From contig OZ245365.1 of NCBI GenBank assembly GCA_965226495.1, positions 3,840,001-3,904,000 on the forward strand: a stretch of 64,000 bases of DNA, read 5' to 3'. A model generated the notes under the pieces. It had not been told where the DNA came from. It saw only the letters and a list, made by a program, of their open reading frames with translations, and did not search any database. Of the stretch, positions 17,964-28,891 are shown one piece after another (the first letter of the stretch is position 1; every line of letters begins with the position of its first letter). Origin of the DNA: Candidatus Marinacidobacterales bacterium. GTDB lineage: Bacteria > Acidobacteriota > Vicinamibacteria > Marinacidobacterales > DATDRI01. The translations under genes and the position numbers were made by a program.

Positions 17964-19205
17964 ATGTCCAATGTCGTCGTGATCGGCGCCGGTGTCATCG
18001 GACTCTCTTGCGCCTACGAGCTCGTGCGTAAGGGGGTGGACGTCACCGTTTTGGACAAAGGGCGGCTCGGCGAAGGCGCCGCTTGGGGAAGTGCCGGCTG
18101 GGTGACGCAGACGCTCTCCGCTCCTCTTCCCGCACCCGGGCTAGTGGGAACATCTCTCAAATGGATGCTGCGAAAGGACAGTCCCCTCTACATCAAGCCC
18201 TGGGCAGACGCCGGACTTCCGAAGTGGCTGTGGAACTTCTGGCGACACTGCAACCGGCGGGATCACGAGAACGGCCTCGAGGCGATGGCCGCCTTGACGC
18301 AGCGCACCATGACTTTGTACGACGACCTCGAGAAAGACGGGATCGAGTTCGAGATGGAGAGAACCGGAGTGCTCTTCGCTTTCACGACTGAAGAGGGACT
18401 GCACCACACTCTCGACGAACTGCGAGCGATGAAGAAATACGGTTACTCGACTCCGCCGGTGCTCGACGGCGACTCTGTTCGCGATGCGGAGCCCGCTCTT
18501 ACCAAAGCGGTCGTGGGGGGTATGTTGGTCGAGTCGGAGCGCCACGTGCGTCCGGAGCTCCTAACTACCGGCCTCTCCCGCCGGCTGGCGGAATCCAGTG
18601 CAGAACAGAGGGCGGGGACCGAAGTCACCGGCGTCAAGCGGCAAGGGTCGAGGGTGACCGCGGTCGTGACAACTGGTGGCGAGGTGCGGGGCGATCGTTT
18701 TCTCATTGCCGGTGGTGCCTGGTCCGCCTCGCTGGCCCAGATGGCCGGCTTCCACTTACCCGTTCAGTGCGGAAAAGGCTATAGCGTGACGATCAACGAG
18801 CCCGCGGTTCGGTTGCGGCGGCCGCTCTATCTTGGGGAAGCGAAATTGGGGGTCACACCCTTCCGGAACGCCCTCCGCATCGCGGGGACGATGGAGCTCG
18901 CCGGGATTAGCGAAGCGTTAGACCCTCGCCGCCTCGCCGCTATTCGCGCATCGGCGGATCAGTTTCTCGTCGGTTGGCGCCAGGGTAAGAGTGAGGACGA
19001 ATGGGCAGGCATGAGAGCCGTGACGCCGGACGGGCTCCCGGTCATCGGGCGAGCCCCCGGATACGACAATCTTTATGTCGCAACCGGTCACGGCATGCTC
19101 GGCGTCACGCTAGCGCCAGCCACCGGTGTTGCGATGGCAGAGCTCATCCACTCCGGCGAAACGGCCCTCGACTTGCGTCCCTTCGATCCGAATCGATTCT
19201 CTTAG
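17964..19205 (+). CDS. FAD-dependent D-amino acid dehydrogenase (DadA-like)
   Basis: VIGAGVIG, AAWGSAG, GKGYS, GTMEL, WAGMR..TPDGLPVIG, TGHGMLG. Confidence 0.88.
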   Translation: MSNVVVIGAGVIGLSCAYELVRKGVDVTVLDKGRLGEGAAWGSAGWVTQTLSAPLPAPGLVGTSLKWMLRKDSPLYIKPWADAGLPKWLWNFWRHCNRRDHENGLEAMAALTQRTMTLYDDLEKDGIEFEMERTGVLFAFTTEEGLHHTLDELRAMKKYGYSTPPVLDGDSVRDAEPALTKAVVGGMLVESERHVRPELLTTGLSRRLAESSAEQRAGTEVTGVKRQGSRVTAVVTTGGEVRGDRFLIAGGAWSASLAQMAGFHLPVQCGKGYSVTINEPAVRLRRPLYLGEAKLGVTPFRNALRIAGTMELAGISEALDPRRLAAIRASADQFLVGWRQGKSEDEWAGMRAVTPDGLPVIGRAPGYDNLYVATGHGMLGVTLAPATGVAMAELIHSGETALDLRPFDPNRFS

Positions 19206-20320
19206 CGAGAGGATTTCAATAGTCGAGCCACCCCAAAAATGAACAGAGGTAGCGCAAAGAGAAGAATGAACGCGTAGGCCATCGCCCCATACCCTTTAGC
19301 CACCAACGCGATGATGCCGATCCGAGAGAGCACCGCGGCTGCCAAGAGCAAACCGACCGTCACCACCACAATCTGTCTCGCCGTAAGCGCATTGCGGCCC
19401 GATTCCTCGAGACTGACCGAGACCCGATCCGTCACCGCATGGATGAGCCCGGTACTCGTCTCGATCAAAGTCCATAGCACGACCAAAGCGTAGACGGTGA
19501 TGACGCCTGTCCCCGAAACTTGCCTCAACATCGCGAGCCAAGGCACGGGAGCCCCCAGCACCTGCTCTTCTGGATAGAACCCCATCACCGCGAAGTAAGT
19601 GAGTGCAAACGGTACCGTCGCTAGAATGCCGCTGATCAATCCGGCACCGAACGCTTGGCGTCGCTCGGTCTGGCGATCGAGCACGAAGAGACAGCTCGGT
19701 ATCACCGCCAAACAGTACCCGACGTAGAGCACCCCGGAAAACACAGCCGATCCGAGCGTCGCCCCTTCGACGAACGAGGTGTCGCGCATCGCGAACGCTC
19801 CCTCCATGTGATCCCAGGTCGACGCGAGGACGACACCACTGAAGACTAAGTAACCGGCATAAAGGAAGACCGTCCCCACGGTTTTGAATCGTTCGATGGC
19901 GTGCCGGCCCCAAAAGTTCAGAAGCCCCACCAGGGCGATGACGAGCATCACCCCCGCCCAATGAGGCCAGCCTAAGACCTCCTCCACCACGCCCCCCGAC
20001 GCAGCGCTCACGACGGCGATGACCACGATCACCATCACCAGGAAAAGTGCGTCGAAGATCGGCCACAGTGGGCCGATGAGAGATTTTACGAACGTTCGAT
20101 AGTCGTAGGCGCGATTGAGCCTGGCGAACTCGTAGGTCAAGCTCACGAAAATTGTAAAGCCGGCGAAGATCGCGGCCACGCTCCAAATACCGAGCGAGCC
20201 GAACTTCGCTCCGTACTCCACGATCTCTCGCCCCGTCGCATAGGCACCGCCGATGAGGACGGATTGAAAGATGATTCCAGGAAGAATGTATTGCTCGAAA
20301 CGGGTCTTTAGGGAGCTCAC
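19202..20320 (-). CDS. YkvI-like membrane protein (putative amino acid transporter)
   Basis: LPGIIFQSVLIGGAYATGREIVEY signature; about 10 TM segments. Confidence 0.8.
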   Translation of the reverse strand: MSSLKTRFEQYILPGIIFQSVLIGGAYATGREIVEYGAKFGSLGIWSVAAIFAGFTIFVSLTYEFARLNRAYDYRTFVKSLIGPLWPIFDALFLVMVIVVIAVVSAASGGVVEEVLGWPHWAGVMLVIALVGLLNFWGRHAIERFKTVGTVFLYAGYLVFSGVVLASTWDHMEGAFAMRDTSFVEGATLGSAVFSGVLYVGYCLAVIPSCLFVLDRQTERRQAFGAGLISGILATVPFALTYFAVMGFYPEEQVLGAPVPWLAMLRQVSGTGVITVYALVVLWTLIETSTGLIHAVTDRVSVSLEESGRNALTARQIVVVTVGLLLAAAVLSRIGIIALVAKGYGAMAYAFILLFALPLFIFGVARLLKSSR

Positions 20321-20342
20321 CGGCGGCGTCGGTTTCCAAGCT

Positions 20343-21035
20343 TCAATAAACCCACGGGATCAGCCGCCGGGTCTTCGAGCTGTATTCTTGATAGAGGGAT
20401 CCGTACTGCTCCCGCATATGCAACTCCTCGCGATGGATCCTCCTGAGGATCAGCACCACCCACGCGATTGATAGGAGCCATCCAATGATGCTGGCGAAAA
20501 GGAGCGAGAAGGCGATGCGGCTGGCCACAACGCCGGTATAGCGAGGGTGCCGCACCAGACCATAGGGGCCGGAGGTAATGATCCGGCTGCCGATCTCGGA
20601 ATGCCCGAAGTGCTCCCGCAAGTACTTGTCGGTCCATAGAAGCCACAACGGGGTCACGGCCCAAATGACGAGGCCGGTCGACTGAAGAACCGGGCTCGCC
20701 AACTCGGGGAGCAAATGCCAATGCCCGTAGTCCAAGAAAACCGCCAGCTCCGCGAGGGTGAGCGGTATGACCCATTGGTGAAGGCCGGGATCATAGGTGT
20801 TGCCCAGCGCCTCATCTTGGAGCTCCTTCGTGGCGCTCACGCTCTTCAAGAATGTTCGGTTCTCGAAGAACCAAAGCGGTGCGAGGGCGAAAAACCCTCC
20901 CGAGAAGAGATCGATCCGGGAAGCCGGCTCTGGGCTCCCCCACTGCCAGAGGCACGCCCCTGCCGCTGCCAGATACACCGCGAAAAAGGTCCACACCCTG
21001 CCTCCTTGAATACTGCAGCCGCTTCCGGGTTTCAA
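20343..21035 (-). CDS. Isoprenylcysteine carboxyl methyltransferase / PEMT family protein
   Basis: IITSGPYGLVRHPRY, RIHREE, YQEY...RLIPWVY; start uncertain. Confidence 0.8.
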   Translation of the reverse strand: MKPGSGCSIQGGRVWTFFAVYLAAAGACLWQWGSPEPASRIDLFSGGFFALAPLWFFENRTFLKSVSATKELQDEALGNTYDPGLHQWVIPLTLAELAVFLDYGHWHLLPELASPVLQSTGLVIWAVTPLWLLWTDKYLREHFGHSEIGSRIITSGPYGLVRHPRYTGVVASRIAFSLLFASIIGWLLSIAWVVLILRRIHREELHMREQYGSLYQEYSSKTRRLIPWVY

Positions 21036-21104
21036 CCTCTTCGGGATGGCGGCCTCGATAGCACCTGTGCTAGATTCTGCCCCTCGGATTACGGAGGTGT
21101 GCCC

Positions 21105-22975
21105 ATGAAATGCTTTGGAAATCCTCGCTTCTCGCTCCCTGCAAGCCTATTGTTCACTTTAGCTTGCTCCGTCGTCGTTGCCCAAGAGGCAGGCCAACGC
21201 TAATTCGGAGGCACCTATGACCTGCTGGAGCCCGAGCAACGCCGCCTTATCGACGACTGGGTCCGCCGCTTCAACGAGGTCACCGAACGCGACACTCCTC
21301 CTGATGTCTTGTACAACGTGATCCGGCTCTCCACCCGCACGACGTTCGACGCGGTGACCCATGCTCTGATGACGACGACGCTGTCTGACGAGTCTGGCCA
21401 ATCGCTAGGTACGGCTCTCGATCTCATTGACTACATGGAGACGATCAAGGGCAAGATCAAGGGAGAAAGAGGCGACCGACAGTTTCGTATGTATGCCGTA
21501 TTGAAGCCGGACGCCAGGGAAGTTCTCAAGAAGAGTCAGGAATTCAAGCGTGGCGCCGACAACACGATTTATCACAAGGGATACCCCGTCAATTTCCGCC
21601 AATCGGGGACCGTTCCTTCGATCCAGATCTCCATGCCGCGAGAGGGAAGCCGCGCCGACATCGATGTCGACTACCGCTCCTCCGGATTCCCTGGGGCACT
21701 CTTCAACAGCCACTTGAGTGCCACCAACTCCGACGTGCGTGCCGGGAACAACCATGAACGTCACGTGAACCGCTGGGGAGACGGCCTCGACAACTGGTGG
21801 CGAGGCATCTTCGGAGTGTCCGTACGCGCGAGCAAAGACGATGTGGGCGAAGAAATCATCCCCGAGCGGCCGCCGGCCGGCAAGCTCAAATTACAGTCGG
21901 CGGTCCACGATTTTCTCAACCTCTGGTTGGTAGAAGGGGCGGCCAACGTAGCGATGAGCTACATCTCCGAGCGTACGTACGAGTGCCTGCAGCTCGAGCA
22001 AGAAACGCCACTCGATCGTGGGATGGCACCCATCATGCTTCTGAGAGGAATGGGAGCGGTGCACGAAGCTCTGGGCGACGTATCAAGCTTGGATGACGCC
22101 GCGGTGGGTGTGCGCCTCAACAACCCCGACCTAAAGGTGGTCGAGAACAAACACCACGCCCAGTTCGTCTTGTATGACGTCCCCACCGCCGTCGCAGCCA
22201 GCTTCGAGTGTATCAACCGAACGGAGGCGGTCGCGCAAACATCTGAAAATACCGACCGGCGCTACGGAGAGTACTACGGCTCCATCTTCTACATCGGAGG
22301 TCCGGTGCGCGGCGAGACCGTCGCCCTCCTCTGGGCCAAAGAAAATGGCTATTGGAAGATCATCTCCTACGAGACCGAGGTCGAGGGGGAGGATCCGAAC
22401 CTACCAGACATCCGGCCTACCGAGTCGTTCGAAATCAAGCGCACCGAGGGCGACCCTAGATTGATCACGGTCGCCGAAGACTTCCACCGCACGTGGCTTA
22501 TCGACAAGAATGCAAAGCGAGCACACGAATTTCTTTCACCGCGCGCCTACTCTTGTTACAACTTTTTCCGAACTGCCGAACGGCCCGAAGCCCAATCAAC
22601 CGAGGAGGCGCGTCGATTTATTCTCGAAGGACTGGAGCGCGTCACACGCGACGTGCCGGATGCCTCTAGCTTGAACGAGATCATCGAAGGAGTCGAAGCC
22701 GTCGATCCACAACTCTTGCTCGTCGCTCATCCTGAGGAGAGCGCTTTCGCGCTGGTTGCGGGCCCGAACAACCTCGGCGAGGGAGCCGATTGCGCCAGGC
22801 GGGCGCGGGTGAGGAAGTCCAGGATGACCAAACCGACCTTCGGGATTACGGCAATTACTTCGCGACTGGCTTCCGGTTCAAGGTAGAGAAAGGTGAAGGC
22901 GCGACCTTGGCCCTGGTCTGGGCGAAGGAAGGAGGCGAGTGGAAGATCGTCACCTATGACGTCAAGACGCCCTGA
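21105..22975 (+). CDS. Exported hypothetical protein with two tandem NTF2-like repeats; interrupted (in-frame TAA at 21201, frameshift near 22808)
   Basis: GGAGGT RBS and signal peptide from 21105; the same frame continues after the TAA. The C-terminal piece (YGNYFATGF...LALVWAKEGGEWKIVTY) repeats the internal YGEYYGSIF...VALLWAKENGYWKIISY. Confidence 0.7.
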
Positions 22976-23008
22976 TTAGTAGCCGACTCGAGTAGAATGG
23001 CCGCGATC

Positions 23009-24487
23009 TTATTCTAAGTAGCCTTCGAAACGCTCGCAGAGATCGACCATCATCTTGAGCCCGAAGCCAGTGGCACCTGCCCCGTAATACTTCCAGTTCT
23101 TCTCCAGCAAGAAGGGCCCGGCGATGTCCAAGTGGGCCCAGGGGGTTCCCTCCGGCACGAACTCCCGCAGGAAGAGCGCCGCGGTGATCGTGCCCGCCAG
23201 CTTGCCGCCGATGTTGTTGAGATCGGCGTAGGGCGTTTTGAGCATCTCCTTGTACTCTTCCACCATCGGGAGCTCCCAAAACATCTCGCCTTGCTGCTCG
23301 CCGGAACGAATTACGGCCTGAATCAGATCCCGGTCGTTCCCCATGATTCCGGCAACTGACTCTCCGAGTGCACGGACCACAGAGCCAGTGAGGGTCGCGA
23401 TGTCGATGACATGAGTGGCTCCTTCCTCGACAGCACGCGCCAATCCATCGATGAGGACCAAGCGTCCTTCGGCATCGGTGTTGTCCACCATCACCGACTT
23501 GCCGTTCTTAGCGATGAAGATATCGCCCGGCCTCAGAGCGCGCGGACCGGGAAAGTTCTCGGCGGACGGCACGATGCCGGTAACCCGCACCGACGGCTTC
23601 AACCGTCCTATCGCGGCCATGGCATAGATCACCGCCGCTCCACCGGCCATGTCCCCCTTCATAGTGAACATGCCCTCGGGTGGTTTCAGTGAAATGCCAC
23701 CGGTATCGAACGTGATTCCTTTGCCCACCAAGGCGACATGGTGTTTACTCTTCCGGCCTGGTTCGTAACGAAGAATGATCATCCGCGGAGGCCGAATACT
23801 TCCCTTGCCTACCGCAATCAAACCGCGGTACTCCTGTTTCTCCAATTGCTTTTCATTGAGGACGGTACACTTGAGCTTGCTCTGCGAGGCGACTCTCTTG
23901 GCGAGCCGGGCTAGCGTCTCCGGATAGATGACCGCCCCGGGCTCGTTCACAACGTCGCGACAGCGGTTCGCTTCTTCCGAGACGATGGTGTAGCGACGGA
24001 GTTCCTCATCCGCACGGACGCCATCTTCGGAACGCACGACAATAGACACCGTAGTCTCGTCCTTCGTTTTCTTCTTCTTGTACTTATCGAAGCGATATCC
24101 TCCCAGCAGGTATCCCTCGACCACTTTTCCAACAAACGGTGCACCGTCCGCGGCACTCAGCAGAAATGCGATCCGGTCCAGCCCGTAGCCTTTCGCATAA
24201 CCCAGCGACTTGGCCGCGAAGATCTTCAGGTTCTCTTGGAAGTCATAGTTTTTGGACAATGTGGTGGAATAAACCAATAGGTTTTTGATCGGTGACCGTC
24301 CAGAAAAAGAGTGGAAGAACTCACGCTTCTGTCGCCCCTCTTTGAAGCCACGCTGCGCGGCTTGCAAAACCCGTCGCAGCTCGGGTTGATCCACTTTGCA
24401 TAGGGTCTTGTCGGGATCCAGCACCGCCACAGCCAGATCCGCTTTCACTCGAGAAGGCGGTTGTGTCACAACGGTTAGCTTCATCAT
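23009..24487 (-). CDS. pepA: Leucyl aminopeptidase (M17)
   Basis: LVGKGITFDTGG, MKGDMAG, NTDAEGRL, DIATLTG, WAHLDIAG. Confidence 0.93.
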   Translation of the reverse strand: MMKLTVVTQPPSRVKADLAVAVLDPDKTLCKVDQPELRRVLQAAQRGFKEGRQKREFFHSFSGRSPIKNLLVYSTTLSKNYDFQENLKIFAAKSLGYAKGYGLDRIAFLLSAADGAPFVGKVVEGYLLGGYRFDKYKKKKTKDETTVSIVVRSEDGVRADEELRRYTIVSEEANRCRDVVNEPGAVIYPETLARLAKRVASQSKLKCTVLNEKQLEKQEYRGLIAVGKGSIRPPRMIILRYEPGRKSKHHVALVGKGITFDTGGISLKPPEGMFTMKGDMAGGAAVIYAMAAIGRLKPSVRVTGIVPSAENFPGPRALRPGDIFIAKNGKSVMVDNTDAEGRLVLIDGLARAVEEGATHVIDIATLTGSVVRALGESVAGIMGNDRDLIQAVIRSGEQQGEMFWELPMVEEYKEMLKTPYADLNNIGGKLAGTITAALFLREFVPEGTPWAHLDIAGPFLLEKNWKYYGAGATGFGLKMMVDLCERFEGYLE

Positions 24488-24490
24488 CTA

Positions 24491-26494
24491 TCAGGCCTCT
24501 TCTTCGTATTTTTCCTTGAGTTTCTCTACGACCGCCGGATCGGCGAGCGTCGTGGTGTCGCCCAGGGTCTTTCCCTCGGCAATGTCTTTGAGCAACCGTC
24601 GCATGATCTTGCCGGAACGAGTCTTAGGAAGATCTGCCGCGAAGATGATGTCATCCGGACGAGCGATGGCGCCGATTTTCTTGACCACGTGCTCTTTGAG
24701 GTCGTCGATCAAAGCGTCGCTCGGCTCCACGCCCTGCTTCAGGGTCACGAAAGCGGCGATGCCTTCCCCTTTGATCTCGTGCGACCGGCCAACGACGGCT
24801 GCCTCGGCCACATCCTGGAAGTCCACCAAGGCGCTCTCGACCTCCATGGTCCCAATGCGATGGCCGGCCACGTTTAGCACGTCGTCCACGCGACCCAATA
24901 TCCAAAAGTATCCATCCTCGTCTCGCTTGGCTCCATCACCCGGAAAATACGTGTCCTTCGACCACTTGCTCCAATACTGTTTCGCATAGCGATCGGGATC
25001 GCCATAGATGCCACGAAGCATCGCAGGCCAGGGCGACTTGATCGCCAAGAACCCGCCGCCCACTTCGGTCGACTCTCCCTGTTCGTTCAAGATATCCGCC
25101 TCGATCCCCGGAAACGGGCGCGTCGCCGAACCAGGTTTCAAGGTCGTCACACCGGGCAGCGGAGTGATCAAAATCATGCCGGTCTCGGTTTGCCACCAGG
25201 TGTCGACGATGGGACACTTCCCTCCTCCGACGTTCTCGTGGTACCAGATCCAGGCCTCCGGATTGATCGGCTCACCGACCGTACCCAGCAGCCTGAGAGA
25301 AGACAGATCGTGCTTGGCCGTCCATTCGGTTCCCCATTTCATGAAAGCCCGAATGACAGTCGGCGCGGTGTAGAAAACGGTCACCCCGTACTTCTCGACG
25401 ATAGTCCAGAAACGATCGTTCTCCGGCCAGTTCGGAGCGCCCTCGTACATGACGCCGGTAACTCCCAGCGCAAGCGGGCCGTAAACCAGGTAACTGTGCC
25501 CGGTTACCCATCCGATGTCTGCCGTGCACCACCAGACATCCTCTTCTTTGAGATCGAAGACGAATTTGGTGGTGGTGTACACACCGGTGAGATAACCACC
25601 CGTTGTATGCACGATGCCTTTGGGCTTACCGGTGGTGCCCGACGTATACAGAATGTAGAGCATATCCTCGGCGTCCATCTCCTCGGGCTCGCACCGGTCA
25701 CCGGCTTCTTTCATGAGATCGTGCCACCACAGGTCCCGCCCCTTCTGGAAATTGATCTCGAAATTGCCACGGTTTACGACCACCACGTTCTCGACCGAAG
25801 GCGTTCCATCCACAGCTTCGTCCGCCATCTCCTTGAGAGGAATCACGCTCCCGCGACGATATCCACCGTCGGCGGTGATCACTAGCTTGGCCTGGGCGTC
25901 ATTGATGCGATCGCGAAGCGACTCGGCGCTGAATCCCCCGAAGACGACACTGTGGACGGCACCCACTCGCGTACAGGCGAGCATTGCAATGGGAAGCTCC
26001 GGAATCATGGGTAGATAAATGGCCACCCGATCTCCCTTTCCAACGCCCAGTTTCCTTAGGACGTTGGCAAAGCGATTGACCTCCCGATAGAGATCCCAAT
26101 AGGTCAGCGTTCGTGTATCACCAGGCTCACCTTCCCAGATGAGCGCCGCCTTGTTTCGGCGCCAAGTTCTGACATGTCGATCGAGGCAGTTCACGCTCAC
26201 GTTGAGCTTTCCGTCCACGAACCATCGTGCGTTGGGGGGCTCCCACTCCAAAACCTTGCTCCATGGTTTCATCCACTCGAGCTCGCCCGCCATGCGGGCC
26301 CAGAAACCCTCCCGATCCTCGGCCGCCTCGCGGTAAACCGACTCGTTCCCAATGGTCGCCTTCTCTCGGAAGGAATCGGCCGGGGCGAAGCGACGCCCCT
26401 CCTGGAGCAGGGTTTCGATCTCCATTGACGGGTCGTTCGTGCCAGCCTTGCCAGGCTTGTCAGGCTTGTCAGGTTTGTCAGGTTTGTCAGGCAT
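24491..26494 (-). CDS. acs: Acetyl-CoA synthetase
   Basis: [46 protein letters not shown]. Confidence 0.96.
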   Translation of the reverse strand: MPDKPDKPDKPDKPGKAGTNDPSMEIETLLQEGRRFAPADSFREKATIGNESVYREAAEDREGFWARMAGELEWMKPWSKVLEWEPPNARWFVDGKLNVSVNCLDRHVRTWRRNKAALIWEGEPGDTRTLTYWDLYREVNRFANVLRKLGVGKGDRVAIYLPMIPELPIAMLACTRVGAVHSVVFGGFSAESLRDRINDAQAKLVITADGGYRRGSVIPLKEMADEAVDGTPSVENVVVVNRGNFEINFQKGRDLWWHDLMKEAGDRCEPEEMDAEDMLYILYTSGTTGKPKGIVHTTGGYLTGVYTTTKFVFDLKEEDVWWCTADIGWVTGHSYLVYGPLALGVTGVMYEGAPNWPENDRFWTIVEKYGVTVFYTAPTVIRAFMKWGTEWTAKHDLSSLRLLGTVGEPINPEAWIWYHENVGGGKCPIVDTWWQTETGMILITPLPGVTTLKPGSATRPFPGIEADILNEQGESTEVGGGFLAIKSPWPAMLRGIYGDPDRYAKQYWSKWSKDTYFPGDGAKRDEDGYFWILGRVDDVLNVAGHRIGTMEVESALVDFQDVAEAAVVGRSHEIKGEGIAAFVTLKQGVEPSDALIDDLKEHVVKKIGAIARPDDIIFAADLPKTRSGKIMRRLLKDIAEGKTLGDTTTLADPAVVEKLKEKYEEEA
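26447..26491 (-). repeat. 9-bp tandem repeat x5 at the 5' end of acs, encoding (PDK)4-PGK
   Basis: CTTGCCAGG CTTGTCAGG CTTGTCAGG TTTGTCAGG TTTGTCAGG on the + strand. Confidence 0.9.
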
Positions 26495-26760
26495 ACCAGA
26501 GCCTCCCTAAGAGTTGCTGGTTGGTCATCTTATGACAACCAAGCATGCCAAGGCCAGTTGCGTCGGTATCCGGCCGCGGGCGCCGAAACCCTTGTCGTGC
26601 CACGCTTTCGAGTTGAAAAGAAACGCCAGCCTCACCGACGACCAACGTGATGACCATCACGTCGCGGTCCGGGCAGCAACTTTTCGAAAGGTCGAAAATG
26701 AACTATAATTTAGTTAATCAATTATCCAATTAAATAACCAAGGTTGGGGAACGCGCCGGA

Positions 26761-27411
26761 ATGCTGAACCTATCCCTATTGGTCTGGCTGTTGTGGTCTC
26801 CACTTCAGCCCAGCGACGGAAGCCTCCTGGGTGGAGCCTTCGAGAATCGACGACTCCACCTTCGTGTGCGACCGCCCGTGGGCTGGACGATCGTGAGTGC
26901 AGGGACGACAGAAGACGAGCCGATCGAGCTCTGGAAAGAGGGTGAAAACGGGCCTCGAATCCAGATCACGTCGTACCCCTACCAGATTTCCGATGGCTCC
27001 GACATCGACAAGGTTCAAGCGGAGCTCAGCGAAGCTCTCAAGCGAAAGTTCCCCAATCTACGTATGGATCAGGAGACGAAACTGATCCACCAGGGAAATC
27101 CCGCCATCGAAGTCATGGCGACCCTTCCCGTCGACGACACTTACTACCACGTCATTCAGCGTTGCCTCTTCGCTCGTGGACGCATCTTCATCATTACCTG
27201 TGCCTCGTTCGAATCATCGTTTCTTTCCGACCTCGGCAGCTTTCGAGCCTGCCTGGACAGTCTCGAGGTCCTCGGCGAGATCTTCGAGTCCGGTACGCCC
27301 GGCGACAGCGTTCCCCTCGTCACCTCTAGCACCGTCGGGTTCTTGGGCTTCGGATTCCTGGCGTTCGGCTTTTTCCTTCGCCGCTTCTCGGTTAACCGCA
27401 TCGGACGCTGA
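26761..27411 (+). CDS. Exported hypothetical protein (PsbP/DcrB-like) with C-terminal TM anchor
   Basis: Signal peptide, RPPVGW, IFIITC..F...LDSL pattern, hydrophobic plus basic tail. Confidence 0.6.
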   Translation: MLNLSLLVWLLWSPLQPSDGSLLGGAFENRRLHLRVRPPVGWTIVSAGTTEDEPIELWKEGENGPRIQITSYPYQISDGSDIDKVQAELSEALKRKFPNLRMDQETKLIHQGNPAIEVMATLPVDDTYYHVIQRCLFARGRIFIITCASFESSFLSDLGSFRACLDSLEVLGEIFESGTPGDSVPLVTSSTVGFLGFGFLAFGFFLRRFSVNRIGR

Positions 27412-27418
27412 CAGACTA

Positions 27419-28807
27419 ATGCTGATCCCACTCACCCATGAGCAAATGACGGTCCAGCGGCTTCCCTGGATCACCATCGGGATCATGATGGCCAACGTCT
27501 TCATTTTTCTTTACACCCATCCGCAGACCCAAAGAGATGAAGGCCGGCTCTACGAGGTGATCGACGAGCTCCACGAGTTTGCCGCCGCCAACCCGGGAAT
27601 GTCGCAAGAGGATTTCTCGAACGAAGAAGAGCTTGGGGAGTATCAGCGCCTCGTCGAGAAGCTCAACGAGATCAATCAAAGTCGCCTTTTCGGCCGCCAC
27701 GGCTTCGTACCTTCGCGCCAGGAGTGGCCGGACGTCATGAGCTCCATCTTTCTGCACGGTGGCTGGATGCACCTTTTGGGCAACATGTATTTGCTGTGGC
27801 TTTGTGGGTGCTGCATCGAGGACATGTGGGGGCGCCCGGTCTACGCCCTGATCTATCTATCGAGCGGATTGGTCGCGTGCATGGCTCACGCCGCCGCATT
27901 CCCACTGAGCGAAGCTCCCCTGGTCGGAGCATCCGGTGCGATCGCCAGCCTGATGGGGGCGTTTCTGGTTCGACTCTATGCGACCCGCATTCGGTTCTTC
28001 TACTTGTTTTGGGTTCACTGGGGGACGTTCTATGCGCCAGCTTGGGTCATGTTACCCCTCTGGCTCATGAGCCAACTCTTCTATGCCGTGTCGTATCGGG
28101 AAGGAAGCCCGGTCGCATTCTGGGCGCACGTCGGCGGATTCCTCTTCGGCGCCGGTGTAGCGCTTTTCATCAAACTCACGCTGGTCGAAGAAGCTTTTCT
28201 CGCCCCCGCCATCGAGCAAAAAACGACTCTCTTCGCCCAGAGTCCCGAGGTCACTTCGGCACTACATCTCATCGACAGCGGAAAGTACCCACAAGCCCTT
28301 CGCCCGCTCTTGGCAGCCATCCGTGACAATCCCGACGACATCGATGCTCTGGACTTGCTCGCTCAATCGTACCAGTCGCTGGGGAACGACAAGAACGCCG
28401 CGCAGGCCCATGCGCGTAAGGTCCGAAGCCACCTCAAGCGACGCGAGAAGGATCTCGCGGTTGGCGCTTACTTCGACATGATCGAGGCTAACCGAGATGT
28501 TTCACTGCCTCCGCCCGAGTCGTTGGCCTTGGCACCCGCCCTGGTGGAAGACGACTGCCGCGACGAGGCGGTGGTGCTCTATCAACGAGTCATCGATTCG
28601 GTCCGCGATCCGTCAATCAAACTGAGAGCCTCCCTCGCGCTCGCAGATCTGCACATTGCCGACCACCAGGGAAAACGAGCCCTTCAAATTCTGAATGCCG
28701 CCGCCCCCCTGGCCGAAACAGTCCCCGAATGGAGACTACACCTGGAGGAGAAGCTCGAAGCAGCTAGGAAGCTAGTGCCTGCCCTGTCACAAGTTAGAGC
28801 AATGTAA
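27419..28807 (+). CDS. Rhomboid intramembrane serine protease with C-terminal TPR-like helical domain
   Basis: SIFLHGGWMHLLGNM, VGASGAI, AFWAHVGG. Confidence 0.88.
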   Translation: MLIPLTHEQMTVQRLPWITIGIMMANVFIFLYTHPQTQRDEGRLYEVIDELHEFAAANPGMSQEDFSNEEELGEYQRLVEKLNEINQSRLFGRHGFVPSRQEWPDVMSSIFLHGGWMHLLGNMYLLWLCGCCIEDMWGRPVYALIYLSSGLVACMAHAAAFPLSEAPLVGASGAIASLMGAFLVRLYATRIRFFYLFWVHWGTFYAPAWVMLPLWLMSQLFYAVSYREGSPVAFWAHVGGFLFGAGVALFIKLTLVEEAFLAPAIEQKTTLFAQSPEVTSALHLIDSGKYPQALRPLLAAIRDNPDDIDALDLLAQSYQSLGNDKNAAQAHARKVRSHLKRREKDLAVGAYFDMIEANRDVSLPPPESLALAPALVEDDCRDEAVVLYQRVIDSVRDPSIKLRASLALADLHIADHQGKRALQILNAAAPLAETVPEWRLHLEEKLEAARKLVPALSQVRAM

Positions 28808-28891
28808 TCAAGCCGTGCGCCTAAAGCGCCGTCTGGCGAGCCAGCTAGCGGCAACCCCGTAATTCGACGGCGAACGTGTGGCGTCCGATGG

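Noticed and set aside
11559-20339. Long alternative-frame ORFs (e.g. 11559-12413, 14788-15780, 19296-20339; also 43713-44777 and 46719-48110)
   Set aside because: Arg/Pro/Gly-rich shadows of well-supported genes, as expected in GC-rich DNA; no motifs.
21201-21203. Stop-codon recoding (Sec, Pyl or alternative code) at the in-frame stop
   Set aside because: The codon is TAA, which terminates other genes in this window normally; a mutation or base-call error is simpler.
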